The position numbers and the translations under genes were made by a program. Source: Nitrospirota bacterium (GTDB taxonomy: Bacteria; Nitrospirota; 9FT-COMBO-42-15; HDB-SIOI813). Taken from it: a DNA stretch of 64,000 bases. Positions 1-10,382 of this stretch are shown piece by piece. The stretch spans positions 128,046 to 192,045 of the forward strand of contig JADZCV010000045.1 in assembly GCA_020851375.1 (NCBI GenBank), in the 5' to 3' direction. Position 1 is the stretch's first letter. Every line of letters begins with the position of its first letter. The notes under the pieces are model-generated. The model did not search any database and was not told the origin of the DNA. It worked only from the letters and a program-made list of their open reading frames with translations.

Positions 1-16
1 ATACATCACCCCTTTA

Positions 17-907
17 TTAAATTTGGTCCCATCCAGACTGCCCCATGAGCCTGCGCCATAGAAACTGGATATTGCCCTTAATATCATTGTTAACAGGCCA
101 GCCGCAGACTGTCCTTGCCAGAGACGAATAGCATCTGCCGGCCTCTGAATCCGGGTACAATTCGACGACTGATCTTTGACTAAGTACGGACATACGTACA
201 GACTTGTCATTTATGATGTGACCTATATAGTCAATTGAGATGTTAAGATATTTGTCAGCAGCTGCGCTCAATTTCCTGTAGACCTCCCTGCCCTCTCCGC
301 TGTCTTTTACCATGTTCACCAGAAGCCGGAAACGGGTCTCTCCATATTTAGTATGCAAGATCTTCATAAGGGCATAGGCATCGGTTATTGAGGTAGGCTC
401 AGGCGAGGCAACAACAACAATGTCCTGTGCCGCTGTATTAAAATACATTACATTGCCGGTAATGCCGGCGGCTGTATCAATCAGAACAACGTCTATAGAG
501 CTGTCAATCCTGTCGAGTTCAGCCAGCAGATTTAATTTCTGATCTGTAGTCAGTTCAGACAACTCCTGTATGCCGGAACCGGCAGGCAGAATTTGCATCC
601 CTCCGGGACCTGTTGTTATAACCTCACCAAGCTTTTTTTCACCGCTTATTAAATGATACAGGTTATACTCAGGGGCAAGCCCAAGCATGACATCTATATT
701 GCCAAGCCCCATATCAGCGTCAAGAATTAATACCCTCTTGCCTGATTGAGTCAGAGCATACGCAAGATTTACCGCAACATTTGTCTTGCCGACACCACCC
801 TTTCCGCTTGTAACGGATATCACCCTTACCCCATTCCCGGCTTTAGAATTGCAAAGCCCCCGGGCCGGTTTATTCATCATCTCCCTAAGTGTCAACGCCT
901 GTTCCAT
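17..907 (-). CDS. flhG: Flagellar number regulator FlhG (MinD/ParA-like ATPase, YlxH/FleN family)
   Basis: Deviant Walker A GKGGVGKT near the N-terminus. It is the last gene after flhF in the flagellar cluster. Confidence 0.8.
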   Translation of the reverse strand: MEQALTLREMMNKPARGLCNSKAGNGVRVISVTSGKGGVGKTNVAVNLAYALTQSGKRVLILDADMGLGNIDVMLGLAPEYNLYHLISGEKKLGEVITTGPGGMQILPAGSGIQELSELTTDQKLNLLAELDRIDSSIDVVLIDTAAGITGNVMYFNTAAQDIVVVASPEPTSITDAYALMKILHTKYGETRFRLLVNMVKDSGEGREVYRKLSAAADKYLNISIDYIGHIINDKSVRMSVLSQRSVVELYPDSEAGRCYSSLARTVCGWPVNNDIKGNIQFLWRRLMGQSGWDQI

Positions 908-940
908 TTATGCCTCCCCCTGATTTGACTTATCACCTTT

Positions 941-2125
941 TTAGTTGCTGCTAACTGCATCCATCTTCAATATCAACCTGCTCAGCCGGCCTGCTGTGGC
1001 AAGTTCAATATCCTCCGGAACACGCTGGCCGGTGGTAAAGTATGACAATGGCTTCTGAGCATTAATCATTGAACTGAATATGGCACCGTAATTGTCAGCC
1101 TCATCAAGTTTTGTGAACAATAAACTGTTTATCCTGATTCCCTTAAACTTCCCGATTATATCGTTCAGGACAATGTTACTGCTTGTTGCTGAAAGGACGA
1201 GATGGCTGTCCATCTCTGTCCTCTGACTCATCAATTTGTCAAGCTCACTGATGTATGCCCTGTCCTTGTGGCTTCTGCCTGCTGTATCTATCAGGATCAG
1301 ATCAGAGTCCCTCTTTTTGTCTATTACCCCCCTGAGATCCGACGGAGACAGGACTACCTCAACAGGAAGCCCGATGATCCTGGCATATATCTTCAACTGC
1401 TCTACAGCACCAACCCTGTAAGTATCAAAAGTAATCAGGGAAACTTTCTTTTTGTCAATCAATGTATATTTCGCTGCTATTTTTGCAATGCTCGTAGTCT
1501 TGCCAACACCTGTTGGGCCAATAAATATGGCGATCTTTCTATCCCTGCTATCAGTGCAGATGGGCCCTGTCGCCTTTACCTGTTTCCGGATCAACTCATA
1601 TCCATAACTGTTTATGTCTTCAATATTGTCCTTCTGTTCATCAGATAACCTGTTATGCAGTATATGCACAAGCCTGTATGCTATGCCCCTGTCCATACCT
1701 TCAGATATCAGTCTTCTAAAAAAGATGACAAGATTATCATGAAGTATTTTCAACTGTTCCTGATCCCCGCCCCTGAGAAGCTCCTGAATATAACCCTTCA
1801 GCAGCCCGAGTTCTGACTTTACATCCCTCAGCTCGCCGGGGGTCCTGCTCATATCATCCCTGATGCTCCTCAGTTCCTTCTTCAGGAACTCATCCGTTTC
1901 AATTATTGCTGACTGCGGGTCTTCAGACGGTGCCTTGCCATTCTGAACTTCAGCATAATCCCTGGCAGCGACAACCTCTGTTACCTGGCGGCTGAATATG
2001 CCGAATACACCGTTGTCCTTTTTAAGCTGTTTGGCAGACAGTATGACCGCATCCGGACCAAGCTCGCCTTTTACCAGTTTCAAGGCCTCCTGCATGTCAA
2101 CAGCTTCATATTTCTTAATTTGCAT
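941..2125 (-). CDS. flhF: Flagellar biosynthesis GTPase FlhF (SRP-like)
   Basis: C-terminal SRP-type GTPase motifs GPTGVGKTT and DTAGR. It follows flhA. Confidence 0.85.
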   Translation of the reverse strand: MQIKKYEAVDMQEALKLVKGELGPDAVILSAKQLKKDNGVFGIFSRQVTEVVAARDYAEVQNGKAPSEDPQSAIIETDEFLKKELRSIRDDMSRTPGELRDVKSELGLLKGYIQELLRGGDQEQLKILHDNLVIFFRRLISEGMDRGIAYRLVHILHNRLSDEQKDNIEDINSYGYELIRKQVKATGPICTDSRDRKIAIFIGPTGVGKTTSIAKIAAKYTLIDKKKVSLITFDTYRVGAVEQLKIYARIIGLPVEVVLSPSDLRGVIDKKRDSDLILIDTAGRSHKDRAYISELDKLMSQRTEMDSHLVLSATSSNIVLNDIIGKFKGIRINSLLFTKLDEADNYGAIFSSMINAQKPLSYFTTGQRVPEDIELATAGRLSRLILKMDAVSSN

Positions 2126-4253
2126 CGCTATACCTCACTATGCTTATGGGTTGCAGGCTCACAGAGGATGACAGTTCATTGGATGATAAAATTGTTATGT
2201 TGGGAATGAATCTTTCCAATAGTTTCCTCAATGGCAGCCGTATGGATGGAGATGTAAGGATAACCGGATAAATCCCCTTTTGGGCTGATGACTCTATAAG
2301 CCCCTTTAACTGATTGATAAATACCTGGGCCACTCTCGGTTCAAGAGATACCTGCATGCCCTGTGTCGTTTGCCTGACAGCAGAGTTTATCTTTTCTTCG
2401 AGTACAGGCTCAATGGTTATAACCGGAAGACTGTTGCCATTCTGATACTGCCGGGTAATAGTCCTCGACAGATTTGCCCTGACATATTCAGTCAGGGCAT
2501 CTGTGTCTTTAGTCACAACAGCATAATCAGCCAGCGTTTCAAGGATCGTCAAAAGGTCCCTCACAGGCACTCTCTCCTTAAGCAGATTCTGCAATACCTT
2601 TACAACGCCGCCAAGCGGAAGAAGGTTCGGAATCAGTTCCTCGACGACCCTTGGATATTTGCGGGCAAATCCATCCAGCAGAGCCTGGACTTCCTGCCTG
2701 CCTGTGATCTCATGGGAATGCATCTTTATGACTTCAGTAAGATGTGTAATTATAACAGTTGTGGGCTCCACGACTGTAAATCCGGTCATTTCAGCCTTAT
2801 CCTTATCCTGAGACGATATCCATAGGGCCGGTAGTCCGAAGGACGGCTCCCTCGCAGGAAGACCCTGTATACCCTTGTTTAAACCATCCGGATTTAAAGC
2901 AAGGAATCTGTCTATCATCAGCTCTCCCTCAGCCACCTCTGTACCTTTGATAAGGATCACATATTTGTTTGCACCAATATGCATACTATCCCTGATATGG
3001 ATAGGTGGTACGATTATTCCCATGTCTGAGGCAAACTGATGCCTTATGGATTTAATGCGGTCAACCAGCTCACCCTTTTGATGAGGGTCTACAAGCGGAA
3101 TCAGACTGTACCCTATGTGCAGTTCCATGACATCGAGCGGCACTACTCCGTCATGACCCTCTGTCTTCGTATCACTCTTCCCCTCCGATGCTGTCCTGCC
3201 TTTGGATATAGATGTGTTTATTTCCGGTTTTACCAGACCTGTGGCCTCACCAGCCGATTGTTTGATATTATATGCAACCCATGCCACTGCCCCTGTTAGG
3301 ATGGAAAAAGTTATAAAGGCAAAATGAGGAAGTCCTGGTATTAAACCAAATATAAATATTACTGCAGCGCTTATTGCAATGGCTTTGTGATGCGACAGAA
3401 GCTGCTTCGATACCTCTTCTCCGAGGTTTGACTCTGAAGCCGCCCTTGTCACTATCAAACCAGCTGATGTGGATATAATCAAAGCAGGGATCTGTGCCAC
3501 AAGACCGTCTCCTACAGTAAGCAGCGTATAATTCTGCGCAGCTGAGCCTATTGCCATTCCGTGCTGCAGTACTCCAATGACAAGACCTCCGATTATATTG
3601 ATGACCGTAATAATGATGCCTGCAATAGCGTCTCCGCGGACAAATTTACTCGCACCATCCATTGCCCCGTAAAACTCTGCCTCATGCGCAACCTGACCGC
3701 GCCTTCTCCTTGCCTCGGCTTCATCTATTGTCCCTGAATTAAGATCCGCATCTATACTCATCTGTTTCCCTGGCATGGCATCCAATGTAAATCTCGCCGC
3801 CACCTCAGCTATACGGCCGGCGCCCTTTGTAATGACTACAAAATTGATTATAACGAGGATTACAAATACGATAATACCCACGGCATAATTGCCGCCTACG
3901 ACGAAGTTGCCGAATGCCTTAATAACCTTGCCTGCTGCATCTGGGCCCTCATGCCCCTTGAGTAATATAAGCCTCGTAGAGGCGACATTCATAGATAACC
4001 TTGCAAGTGTCGTGATAAGGAGGACTGAAGGAAATACGGAAAATTCAAGCGGCTTGAGTATATACATGGATACAAGCATTATTACTATGGAGAAGGTAAT
4101 GCTGAAAGAAAGCAGTACATCCATTATAATTGCAGGCACCGGCAGTATCATTACAACAATAACGCCTACTGCCATTACAGCAAGCAGTGCATCGCTGTTT
4201 TTCGTCATTGACAGGAGAATTCTCCTGTTTGATTCTGTCATTGCGTACGCCAT
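2115..4253 (-). CDS. flhA: Flagellar export apparatus protein FlhA
   Basis: 712 aa with an N-terminal multi-TM region and a large cytoplasmic domain. Typical FlhA length and position after flhB. Confidence 0.95.
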   Translation of the reverse strand: MAYAMTESNRRILLSMTKNSDALLAVMAVGVIVVMILPVPAIIMDVLLSFSITFSIVIMLVSMYILKPLEFSVFPSVLLITTLARLSMNVASTRLILLKGHEGPDAAGKVIKAFGNFVVGGNYAVGIIVFVILVIINFVVITKGAGRIAEVAARFTLDAMPGKQMSIDADLNSGTIDEAEARRRRGQVAHEAEFYGAMDGASKFVRGDAIAGIIITVINIIGGLVIGVLQHGMAIGSAAQNYTLLTVGDGLVAQIPALIISTSAGLIVTRAASESNLGEEVSKQLLSHHKAIAISAAVIFIFGLIPGLPHFAFITFSILTGAVAWVAYNIKQSAGEATGLVKPEINTSISKGRTASEGKSDTKTEGHDGVVPLDVMELHIGYSLIPLVDPHQKGELVDRIKSIRHQFASDMGIIVPPIHIRDSMHIGANKYVILIKGTEVAEGELMIDRFLALNPDGLNKGIQGLPAREPSFGLPALWISSQDKDKAEMTGFTVVEPTTVIITHLTEVIKMHSHEITGRQEVQALLDGFARKYPRVVEELIPNLLPLGGVVKVLQNLLKERVPVRDLLTILETLADYAVVTKDTDALTEYVRANLSRTITRQYQNGNSLPVITIEPVLEEKINSAVRQTTQGMQVSLEPRVAQVFINQLKGLIESSAQKGIYPVILTSPSIRLPLRKLLERFIPNITILSSNELSSSVSLQPISIVRYSDAN

Positions 4254-4276
4254 AGTCGTTTAAGCTTCCCCCTTTT

Positions 4277-5338
4277 CTATCCCTTCTTTTTCAACCTGTA
4301 GACATAAGCAAGGATCTCTGCAACCGCCTTGTAAAGATTCGCAGGTATCTCTTCACCTACTTTTACTATCTTGTATAATGTCCTCGCCAGCGGCTTATTC
4401 TCTATAACCGTTACACCGTTGCTTCGCGCGATCTCCCTGATCTTCTCAGCAATGAACCCTGCGCCTTTTGCGACAACTTTTGGTGCATTCATGCTGCCAT
4501 GTTTGTATGATAATGCAACTGCAAGATGCGTCGGGTTGGTTATGACCACATCAGCCTTTGGAACGTCTGCCATCATCCTTTTTCTCGCCGTTTCCCTCTG
4601 CATGCTCCTGATCCTTGACTTGACAAGCGGATCCCCTTCCTGCTGCTTATACTCTTCCTTGACCTCTTCACGCGTCATACGGAGATTTTTGGCATACTGC
4701 CACTTCTGAAACCCGAGATCAATCCCTGCGAGGATGCCTATAACTATACCAGTCCAGACAGCAAGTTTTAATGTCAGCTGCCCCATGTATGAGAATATGT
4801 AATGCACATCTCCGTCTATCAGCATCGGGAAATTGTGAAATTCACCTTTGATCAGAACATAGGACGTATATCCCACGATCGTTATCTTGATAATAGATTT
4901 AAACAGCTCCATTATTGAACGCAGGGACATGATCTTTTTAATCCCCTCGACAGGATTAATCCTGTCGAAGTTGACGTTGAGCGCCTTCGGACTGAAAACA
5001 AGACCAATCTGCAGCACATTTGAAATAACGCCCGCAATTGCCACCAGTGCAAGAAACGGGATCATTGTAATAAACACTTTTCTGAGCACCTCTGACCAGA
5101 ATGGATAAAAGTTGTCTGCAGAAAGCTCTATTGTGCCGCTCGCATTAAATATACCTGATGTCATGTCCATCAAATTGCTATATATTCCGGGGAGTAAATA
5201 ATACATTGCAATTGTCCCTGCCATTAATACTGCAAGAGAAGACACCTCCGGGCTTTTTGCAACCTGACCCTTTTCCCTCGTCTCCTGCAGGCGTTTGGGC
5301 GTAGCCTGTTCTGTCTTTTCCATATCATGATCAGCCAT
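4277..5338 (-). CDS. flhB: Flagellar export apparatus protein FlhB
   Basis: N-terminus EKTEQATPKRLQETREKGQV matches the FlhB start; 4 TM segments; the autocleavage-region sequence NPTHLAVAL is present. Confidence 0.9.
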   Translation of the reverse strand: MADHDMEKTEQATPKRLQETREKGQVAKSPEVSSLAVLMAGTIAMYYLLPGIYSNLMDMTSGIFNASGTIELSADNFYPFWSEVLRKVFITMIPFLALVAIAGVISNVLQIGLVFSPKALNVNFDRINPVEGIKKIMSLRSIMELFKSIIKITIVGYTSYVLIKGEFHNFPMLIDGDVHYIFSYMGQLTLKLAVWTGIVIGILAGIDLGFQKWQYAKNLRMTREEVKEEYKQQEGDPLVKSRIRSMQRETARKRMMADVPKADVVITNPTHLAVALSYKHGSMNAPKVVAKGAGFIAEKIREIARSNGVTVIENKPLARTLYKIVKVGEEIPANLYKAVAEILAYVYRLKKKG

Positions 5339-5339
5339 G

Positions 5340-6110
5340 TCACCTCACCATAACACTAAGAACATTAATGAAGTCATCCTTCATGCCTTCAAATGCCCGT
5401 TGAACCAGATTTGATAACAGGGGAATGGATAAAACCATGATCAGCAGCCCTCCGGCTATCGTAACAGGATAACCAACCATCATTACATTCATCTGAGGCA
5501 TCGTCTTTGAGATAATTGCCAGGGCTATGTTGGCAATAAACAGGGCAACTATAACAGGCGCACCTATCCGTACTGCAAGGACAAACATATCCCGCGACAG
5601 CGTTATAATACCGGACATCATCTGCTGTGATAAAGTAAATCGCATTGGTGATACTATCGCAAAACTCTCAGCCATCGCCGCTATAAAGAAATGATGTGCA
5701 TTAATAGATAGGAATATCAGGGTTACCAATATGGTCTGGAACTGACCGATTATCGGCACATGAGTACTCGTCTGGGGATCAATGACATTGACCATGGAAA
5801 ATCCTATCTGAAAACCTATAATCTCGCCGGCCATATCCACTGCACTGAATATCAGCCTTGCTATCAGGCCTATTGTAAAACCTATTATCACCTCAGCCCC
5901 CATTGCAGCAGCAAGTGTCAGAAGATCGGCAGAAAAAACCGAAGCGTCAATTTTTACAATGCTTATCAAAATAAGCGATGTAAACAGCGCAAGCCCTATT
6001 TTGAAACCCCTGGGGACATTGCGTGCACCCAGAATCGGTAGAAAATAGATCATTGACGCCGTCCGTACAAATATCAGGATAAAGGAATTTAGTTGTAATA
6101 AGACATCCAT
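5340..6110 (-). CDS. fliR: Flagellar export apparatus protein FliR
   Basis: 256-aa polytopic membrane protein between fliQ and flhB. Confidence 0.85.
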   Translation of the reverse strand: MDVLLQLNSFILIFVRTASMIYFLPILGARNVPRGFKIGLALFTSLILISIVKIDASVFSADLLTLAAAMGAEVIIGFTIGLIARLIFSAVDMAGEIIGFQIGFSMVNVIDPQTSTHVPIIGQFQTILVTLIFLSINAHHFFIAAMAESFAIVSPMRFTLSQQMMSGIITLSRDMFVLAVRIGAPVIVALFIANIALAIISKTMPQMNVMMVGYPVTIAGGLLIMVLSIPLLSNLVQRAFEGMKDDFINVLSVMVR

Positions 6111-6129
6111 AGAACATCCAGCCCTGTAT

Positions 6130-6399
6130 TTATTTTATGTATGCCGGTATATTGGTAAATAACGATGTTGTAAATCCCAGCATTACCCTCATCATCCACG
6201 GAAAAAATATCAGCAGCGCCAGGAATGTAACGATAATCTTGGGAACAAATGTCAGGGTTGCCTCGTTAATCTGCGTTACTGCCTGGAATATGCTTATAGC
6301 AAGTCCTGCCACCAGGCTCACGAGAAGCATGGGGGCGGCTATCATAAGTGTCGTCTCCAGGGCACTCTTGCCAATTGTCATTACAAGTTCAGGTGTCAT
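6130..6399 (-). CDS. fliQ: Flagellar export apparatus protein FliQ
   Basis: 89 aa with two TM segments, typical FliQ size and position. Confidence 0.9.
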   Translation of the reverse strand: MTPELVMTIGKSALETTLMIAAPMLLVSLVAGLAISIFQAVTQINEATLTFVPKIIVTFLALLIFFPWMMRVMLGFTTSLFTNIPAYIK

Positions 6400-6419
6400 T
6401 CTTCATCCTTGCCATGCAT

Positions 6420-7238
6420 TTAACCAAAGCTCCTTACTATCGAACCTATAATCAGGTACCATCCGTCAACAAGAACAAACAGCATCAGCTTAAACGGCAG
6501 TGATATCACTACAGGCGGAAGCATTAACATTCCCATTGACATTAAGACGCTTGCAACCACCATATCAAGCACAAGAAATGGTATATAGATCAGGAACCCT
6601 ATCTGGAATGCCGTCTTAAGTTCACTTATCATAAAGGCAGGTATGAGCACATGAGTCGGCACCTCTGCCACATTTTTAGGATCCGGTATCCTTGCCATCT
6701 CTATGAACAGCGAGAGGTCTTTCTCCCTTACCTGCCTGAGCATAAATTCCCGTACCGGCACTATTGCCCTGTCAAATGCAACCGCCTGAGTTATTTGATT
6801 CGTCATCAATGGCTGCAATGCCTCATTGTTAACCCTGGTCCATACAGGCGACATTATGAAGAAGGTCAGAAATAATGACAGGCTGATTAATATCTGATTT
6901 GGCGGAATCTGAGGCGTGCCGAGCGCCTGACGCAGAAGCGAAAGGACAACAGCAATCCTGGTAAAAGACGTGACCATGACGATAATAGCCGGAGCCAGTG
7001 ATAAAACTGTCAGAAGCATGAGGATCTGCACTGTAACTGCAGTCCCACCGGCCCCTTGTTGCCCTCCAATACTGAAATTGATATTGGGAAGGACGCCTGC
7101 ACCGGTTGATGTAACCGCACCCCAGGCTAAACAACCGCCATTAACAGGGGAAAGTAATGCTGCCGTTCCGGCAGCAATGATCTTTAATATAGCCTTATGC
7201 CTTTTCCCACAATTCATCTTGCAGCTCGACCTTTTCAT
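6420..7238 (-). CDS. fliP: Flagellar export apparatus protein FliP (with signal peptide)
   Basis: Signal peptide followed by a conserved FliP TM core (TSFTRIAVVLSLLRQALG, PFKLMLFVLVDGW). Confidence 0.9.
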   Translation of the reverse strand: MKRSSCKMNCGKRHKAILKIIAAGTAALLSPVNGGCLAWGAVTSTGAGVLPNINFSIGGQQGAGGTAVTVQILMLLTVLSLAPAIIVMVTSFTRIAVVLSLLRQALGTPQIPPNQILISLSLFLTFFIMSPVWTRVNNEALQPLMTNQITQAVAFDRAIVPVREFMLRQVREKDLSLFIEMARIPDPKNVAEVPTHVLIPAFMISELKTAFQIGFLIYIPFLVLDMVVASVLMSMGMLMLPPVVISLPFKLMLFVLVDGWYLIIGSIVRSFG

Positions 7239-8274
7239 TTGTTGATTCTGGTTTAATCTGCTGATCCAGTATATCGTTGAAATCTTCTTCTCTCCCCACC
7301 TTAGTAAGCATGGTAATATTTGCAGCTGTTACACCAACCACAATCTTCTCTCCGGCAACCTCCACCAATGCTATGGATTTTCTGGGTCCAAGGTAGGTGC
7401 TTGTCAGCACCTTGATCTTCTGATCCTGTCCGGTAAGCCCGATTTTTCTGCCGAGATATTTTTTTACGAGGAAGACTATGGCAAACATAACTGACAGTAC
7501 AATAGCGAGCGATGCCACCATCTTGATGACCGAACCTGTGAAACCAGGCTGTTCATTCACGACTAACGGTTTGCTTTCTACTGCATCATGCCTGACAGGA
7601 ATATCCTCTTCTTTTGTCATATCTGTGCCGCTTTCAGCCGGCGACTGACCTGTGCTGGCCACAGCATTTGCATCTTTGTTGCCAGCACCTCCATTCTTCT
7701 CAGCTACTGCAGCAATTGCAGATACTGCCGGCGAAACGGCTTCGTCAATCAGGGGCGACTCCCTGCCGGTTTCAGGCAAAACGATCTCAACCGGGATTGC
7801 TTTGGGCTTCTTTACCCCATTCTTAGCCACAGCCTTTGAAGCAGCTGCGGGCTTTCTGCCCGCCGCTTCAGGTCTCCTGCCATAACTGAGTATAAACCCG
7901 CTGTTCACCCTGCTCAGACTGATCCGGGCCCTCATATTGAGCGCCCTGTCATAAGTAAATAATCTTACCCTTACTGTTTCAGGATTTAATTGATATACAA
8001 ATATGTTCTTTACGATCTCATCTTCCACATTCAACCATTGTTTGGGAGGATCCGTATAGGTCTGAGGAAATTCAATCTGAACAAAGTCATCCTGATACTG
8101 TATTTTTTCCTGTCCTGGTTTACCGTCAAACTTAAGATCTATTTTTGTATTGTCAGGCGTAACTGCGATGCTTATATTACCGAGCAGTGCAAGCCCGGCT
8201 GGTTTGGCCAATGAATAGTTATACGATGTCAGCGACAATGACAATAGCATCATAACAAATATCATTCTTTTCAT
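7195..8274 (-). CDS. fliO: FliO/FliZ-like protein with a long N-terminal secreted extension
   Basis: The C-terminal about 100 aa (TM segment plus KVLTSTYLGPRKSIALVEVAGEKIVVGVTAANITML) is FliO-like. The N-terminal about 250 aa has a signal peptide, a beta-rich domain and an Ala/Pro-rich linker. It overlaps the fliP start by 44 nt. Confidence 0.6.
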   Translation of the reverse strand: MKRMIFVMMLLSLSLTSYNYSLAKPAGLALLGNISIAVTPDNTKIDLKFDGKPGQEKIQYQDDFVQIEFPQTYTDPPKQWLNVEDEIVKNIFVYQLNPETVRVRLFTYDRALNMRARISLSRVNSGFILSYGRRPEAAGRKPAAASKAVAKNGVKKPKAIPVEIVLPETGRESPLIDEAVSPAVSAIAAVAEKNGGAGNKDANAVASTGQSPAESGTDMTKEEDIPVRHDAVESKPLVVNEQPGFTGSVIKMVASLAIVLSVMFAIVFLVKKYLGRKIGLTGQDQKIKVLTSTYLGPRKSIALVEVAGEKIVVGVTAANITMLTKVGREEDFNDILDQQIKPESTNEKVELQDELWEKA

Positions 8275-8343
8275 ACGATACCCCCTTATCCGGCTGCATA
8301 TACGGCAATTTCGCAGTGTGGGCGTTAATCCCTCGGGCCGCAG

Positions 8344-8778
8344 CTACTTAAGTTGCTCAACCCTGTCAGTCAGGCTCATTACATCCGTCAGCCTGACCCC
8401 AAACTTATCATTTACCACGACTACCTCGCCCCTTGCTATCAATTTATCATTTATCAGTACATCCATTGGTTCGCCGGCCATCTTGTTCAATTCGATTATT
8501 GATCCCTGTCCCAGTTGAAGAAGATCCTTTATAAGCATCTTTGTTCCGCCCACATGGACTGACACCAGCAGGGATATGTCGAGGAGGAAATCGAGATTGC
8601 CTATTCCACTTACGGTATTGGCAGCCTTGAGCGGCGTAAAATTTGCAGGCTTTGCATCCACAGCCTTTTCCTGCGATACAACCTTTTCGCCGGATTCACC
8701 CTCTGCATTCTCCTGTGAAACTGTTGTCTCTTCCTGAATAGACTGCTCCCACTGGGCCGCCAGCTCATTATCATCCAT
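8344..8778 (-). CDS. fliN: Flagellar motor switch protein FliN
   Basis: C-terminal SpoA/FliN domain (LINDKLIARGEVVVVNDKFGVRLTDV) with an acidic N-terminus. Confidence 0.85.
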   Translation of the reverse strand: MDDNELAAQWEQSIQEETTVSQENAEGESGEKVVSQEKAVDAKPANFTPLKAANTVSGIGNLDFLLDISLLVSVHVGGTKMLIKDLLQLGQGSIIELNKMAGEPMDVLINDKLIARGEVVVVNDKFGVRLTDVMSLTDRVEQLK

Positions 8779-8805
8779 TTCTCCTACCCCCTTCTGTTAA
8801 TACAC

Positions 8806-9771
8806 TCAATAAGGTTTCATAATCTGGAATGCAAGGTTCCCCTTGTACACACCCGGCCTGCCTGAATACCTCGGCTTGCCTTCAATGCTGGCAGTTATAT
8901 TTTCATCAGCCGGTTTATCGAGAATAAGGATGTCTCCAACGCTCAGATTCAGTACATCTTTAATCTTAATCGTTGTCCCTCCCAGTTCAACGCTGATATT
9001 AAGGGAACAATCTGCCAGCTGCTGCTTAAACCTCTCCATCCACTTAGTGTCTACTTCATAATTGTCACTCTGATAACCGGCCTGCAACTTTTCTTTAATG
9101 GGTTCAATGCAGGGGTAAGGAATGCAGACCTGCAGCTTTCCTGGCACACCTTCCACCTCAATATTAAATGCAATGACTATGACTATTTCAGTAGGCGTAA
9201 CTATCGAAGCAAACTGCGGATTGATCTCAGTCCTCGAAAACTGAACTGATACCGGATGCACCGGTCTCCAGGCCTTTTCTATATCCTGCAGGCATAGAGT
9301 AACGATCTTTTTTATAAGCCTGTGCTCAATCTGTGTAAAGTCCCGGCCTTCTATCTTCACATGTGTCTGCGCCTTGCCGCCGAATAAATTATCAACCAGC
9401 AGATATATGACTCGCGGATCAACAACAAGCAGGCTGAATCCCTTCAACGGGTCCATCCGGAATACGTTGATGCATGCAGGCAAAGGTATATGCTTCATGA
9501 ATTCACCAAACTTCATCAACTCAACGGAAGCCATATTCACTTCCACCATCTTTTTAAGCGTCACAGACATGCTAACCTGAAATAGCCGTGAAAACCGTTC
9601 GCTGATTATCTCAAGGGTAGGCATCCTGCCCCTTACCACCCTTTCATGACTTGTAAGGTCATATGAGCGGCAACTGCTGTCATCTGTCGCAGACAGGTCT
9701 GTTGCCACGTCTCCGCTCTCAATCCCCTTCAGCAGGGCATTTACTTCTTCCTGTGATAGTATCTTTTCCAT
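8806..9771 (-). CDS. fliM: Flagellar motor switch protein FliM
   Basis: N-terminal LSQEEVNALL CheY-binding motif and a C-terminal FliN-like domain; 321 aa. Confidence 0.9.
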   Translation of the reverse strand: MEKILSQEEVNALLKGIESGDVATDLSATDDSSCRSYDLTSHERVVRGRMPTLEIISERFSRLFQVSMSVTLKKMVEVNMASVELMKFGEFMKHIPLPACINVFRMDPLKGFSLLVVDPRVIYLLVDNLFGGKAQTHVKIEGRDFTQIEHRLIKKIVTLCLQDIEKAWRPVHPVSVQFSRTEINPQFASIVTPTEIVIVIAFNIEVEGVPGKLQVCIPYPCIEPIKEKLQAGYQSDNYEVDTKWMERFKQQLADCSLNISVELGGTTIKIKDVLNLSVGDILILDKPADENITASIEGKPRYSGRPGVYKGNLAFQIMKPY

Positions 9772-9780
9772 ATCATCTCT

Positions 9781-10311
9781 CTATTGCATCACGAACTCAG
9801 TGAAATAAACCGCTTTGACTTTCCCTGTGCTGACAAAATGATTGATCCTTGCAACCATATCATCCTGCAATTTCAGTTTTCCTCCCGTATCCTTTACATC
9901 TTCAGCCGTCTTGCTGGTCAGCAGCATAAGAATGGCATCTCTAATCTGAGGCGTCTTTGCTTGAATCTCTGCAGCCATTCCCTCAGATTCAACTTCCAGA
10001 TTTATCGTAATCTTAAGATATGTAACGTCAGACGGCTCAGCCAGGTTTACAACAAAGGGATCGAGCGACATTATATGTCCTGCAGCCTTTTCCTCATCAC
10101 GTTGCGCTTTTGCAGCCGCATTACCCGCGTCATCGCCTTTCTGAAGGAATAACTTCCATCCAGCGAATGCGCCTGCCAGAATCACTACGAGACCCGCGCC
10201 TATTATTACAAGGAGCATGAATTTCTTTTTAGACGGCTTTGGAGAAGCTGACTCACCCTCCCTGCCTTCTTTATCTTTTTCTCCGCCATCTGCATTATCA
10301 TCCTTTGCCAT
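9781..10311 (-). CDS. fliL: Flagellar basal-body-associated protein FliL
   Basis: Single N-terminal TM segment plus a periplasmic domain of FliL size. It is the first gene after the internal promoter; an SD GGGGGG lies 4 nt upstream of the ATG. Confidence 0.75.
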   Translation of the reverse strand: MAKDDNADGGEKDKEGREGESASPKPSKKKFMLLVIIGAGLVVILAGAFAGWKLFLQKGDDAGNAAAKAQRDEEKAAGHIMSLDPFVVNLAEPSDVTYLKITINLEVESEGMAAEIQAKTPQIRDAILMLLTSKTAEDVKDTGGKLKLQDDMVARINHFVSTGKVKAVYFTEFVMQ

Positions 10312-10364
10312 TTTCCCCCCTGTGAAATATGTCAGGTTTAATCGTAAGACTGATATTCAACATT

Positions 10365-10382
10365 TTGCAATGTATATGCCAC
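10365..10382 (-). promoter_or_regulatory. Sigma-54 (-24/-12) promoter for the fliL-to-flhG operon
   Basis: The minus strand reads TGGCATATACATTGCA, giving GG-N10-GC spacing identical to the TGGCACG-N4-TTGCW consensus. It lies about 55 nt upstream of the fliL ATG. Confidence 0.5.

Noticed and set aside
1202-1648. Numerous antisense or overlapping ORFs inside flagellar and housekeeping genes (for example 1202-1648, 2370-2825, 16713-17288, 25536-26054, 28843-29388, 58675-59421)
   Set aside because: They are shadow ORFs on the strand opposite well-supported conserved genes, with low-complexity translations and no motifs.
7195-8274. Splitting the 359-aa FliO-like ORF into two genes
   Set aside because: Both parts are in one continuous frame with no intervening stop. 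Without expression data the internal start cannot be preferred, so it is kept as a single CDS and flagged as a finding.
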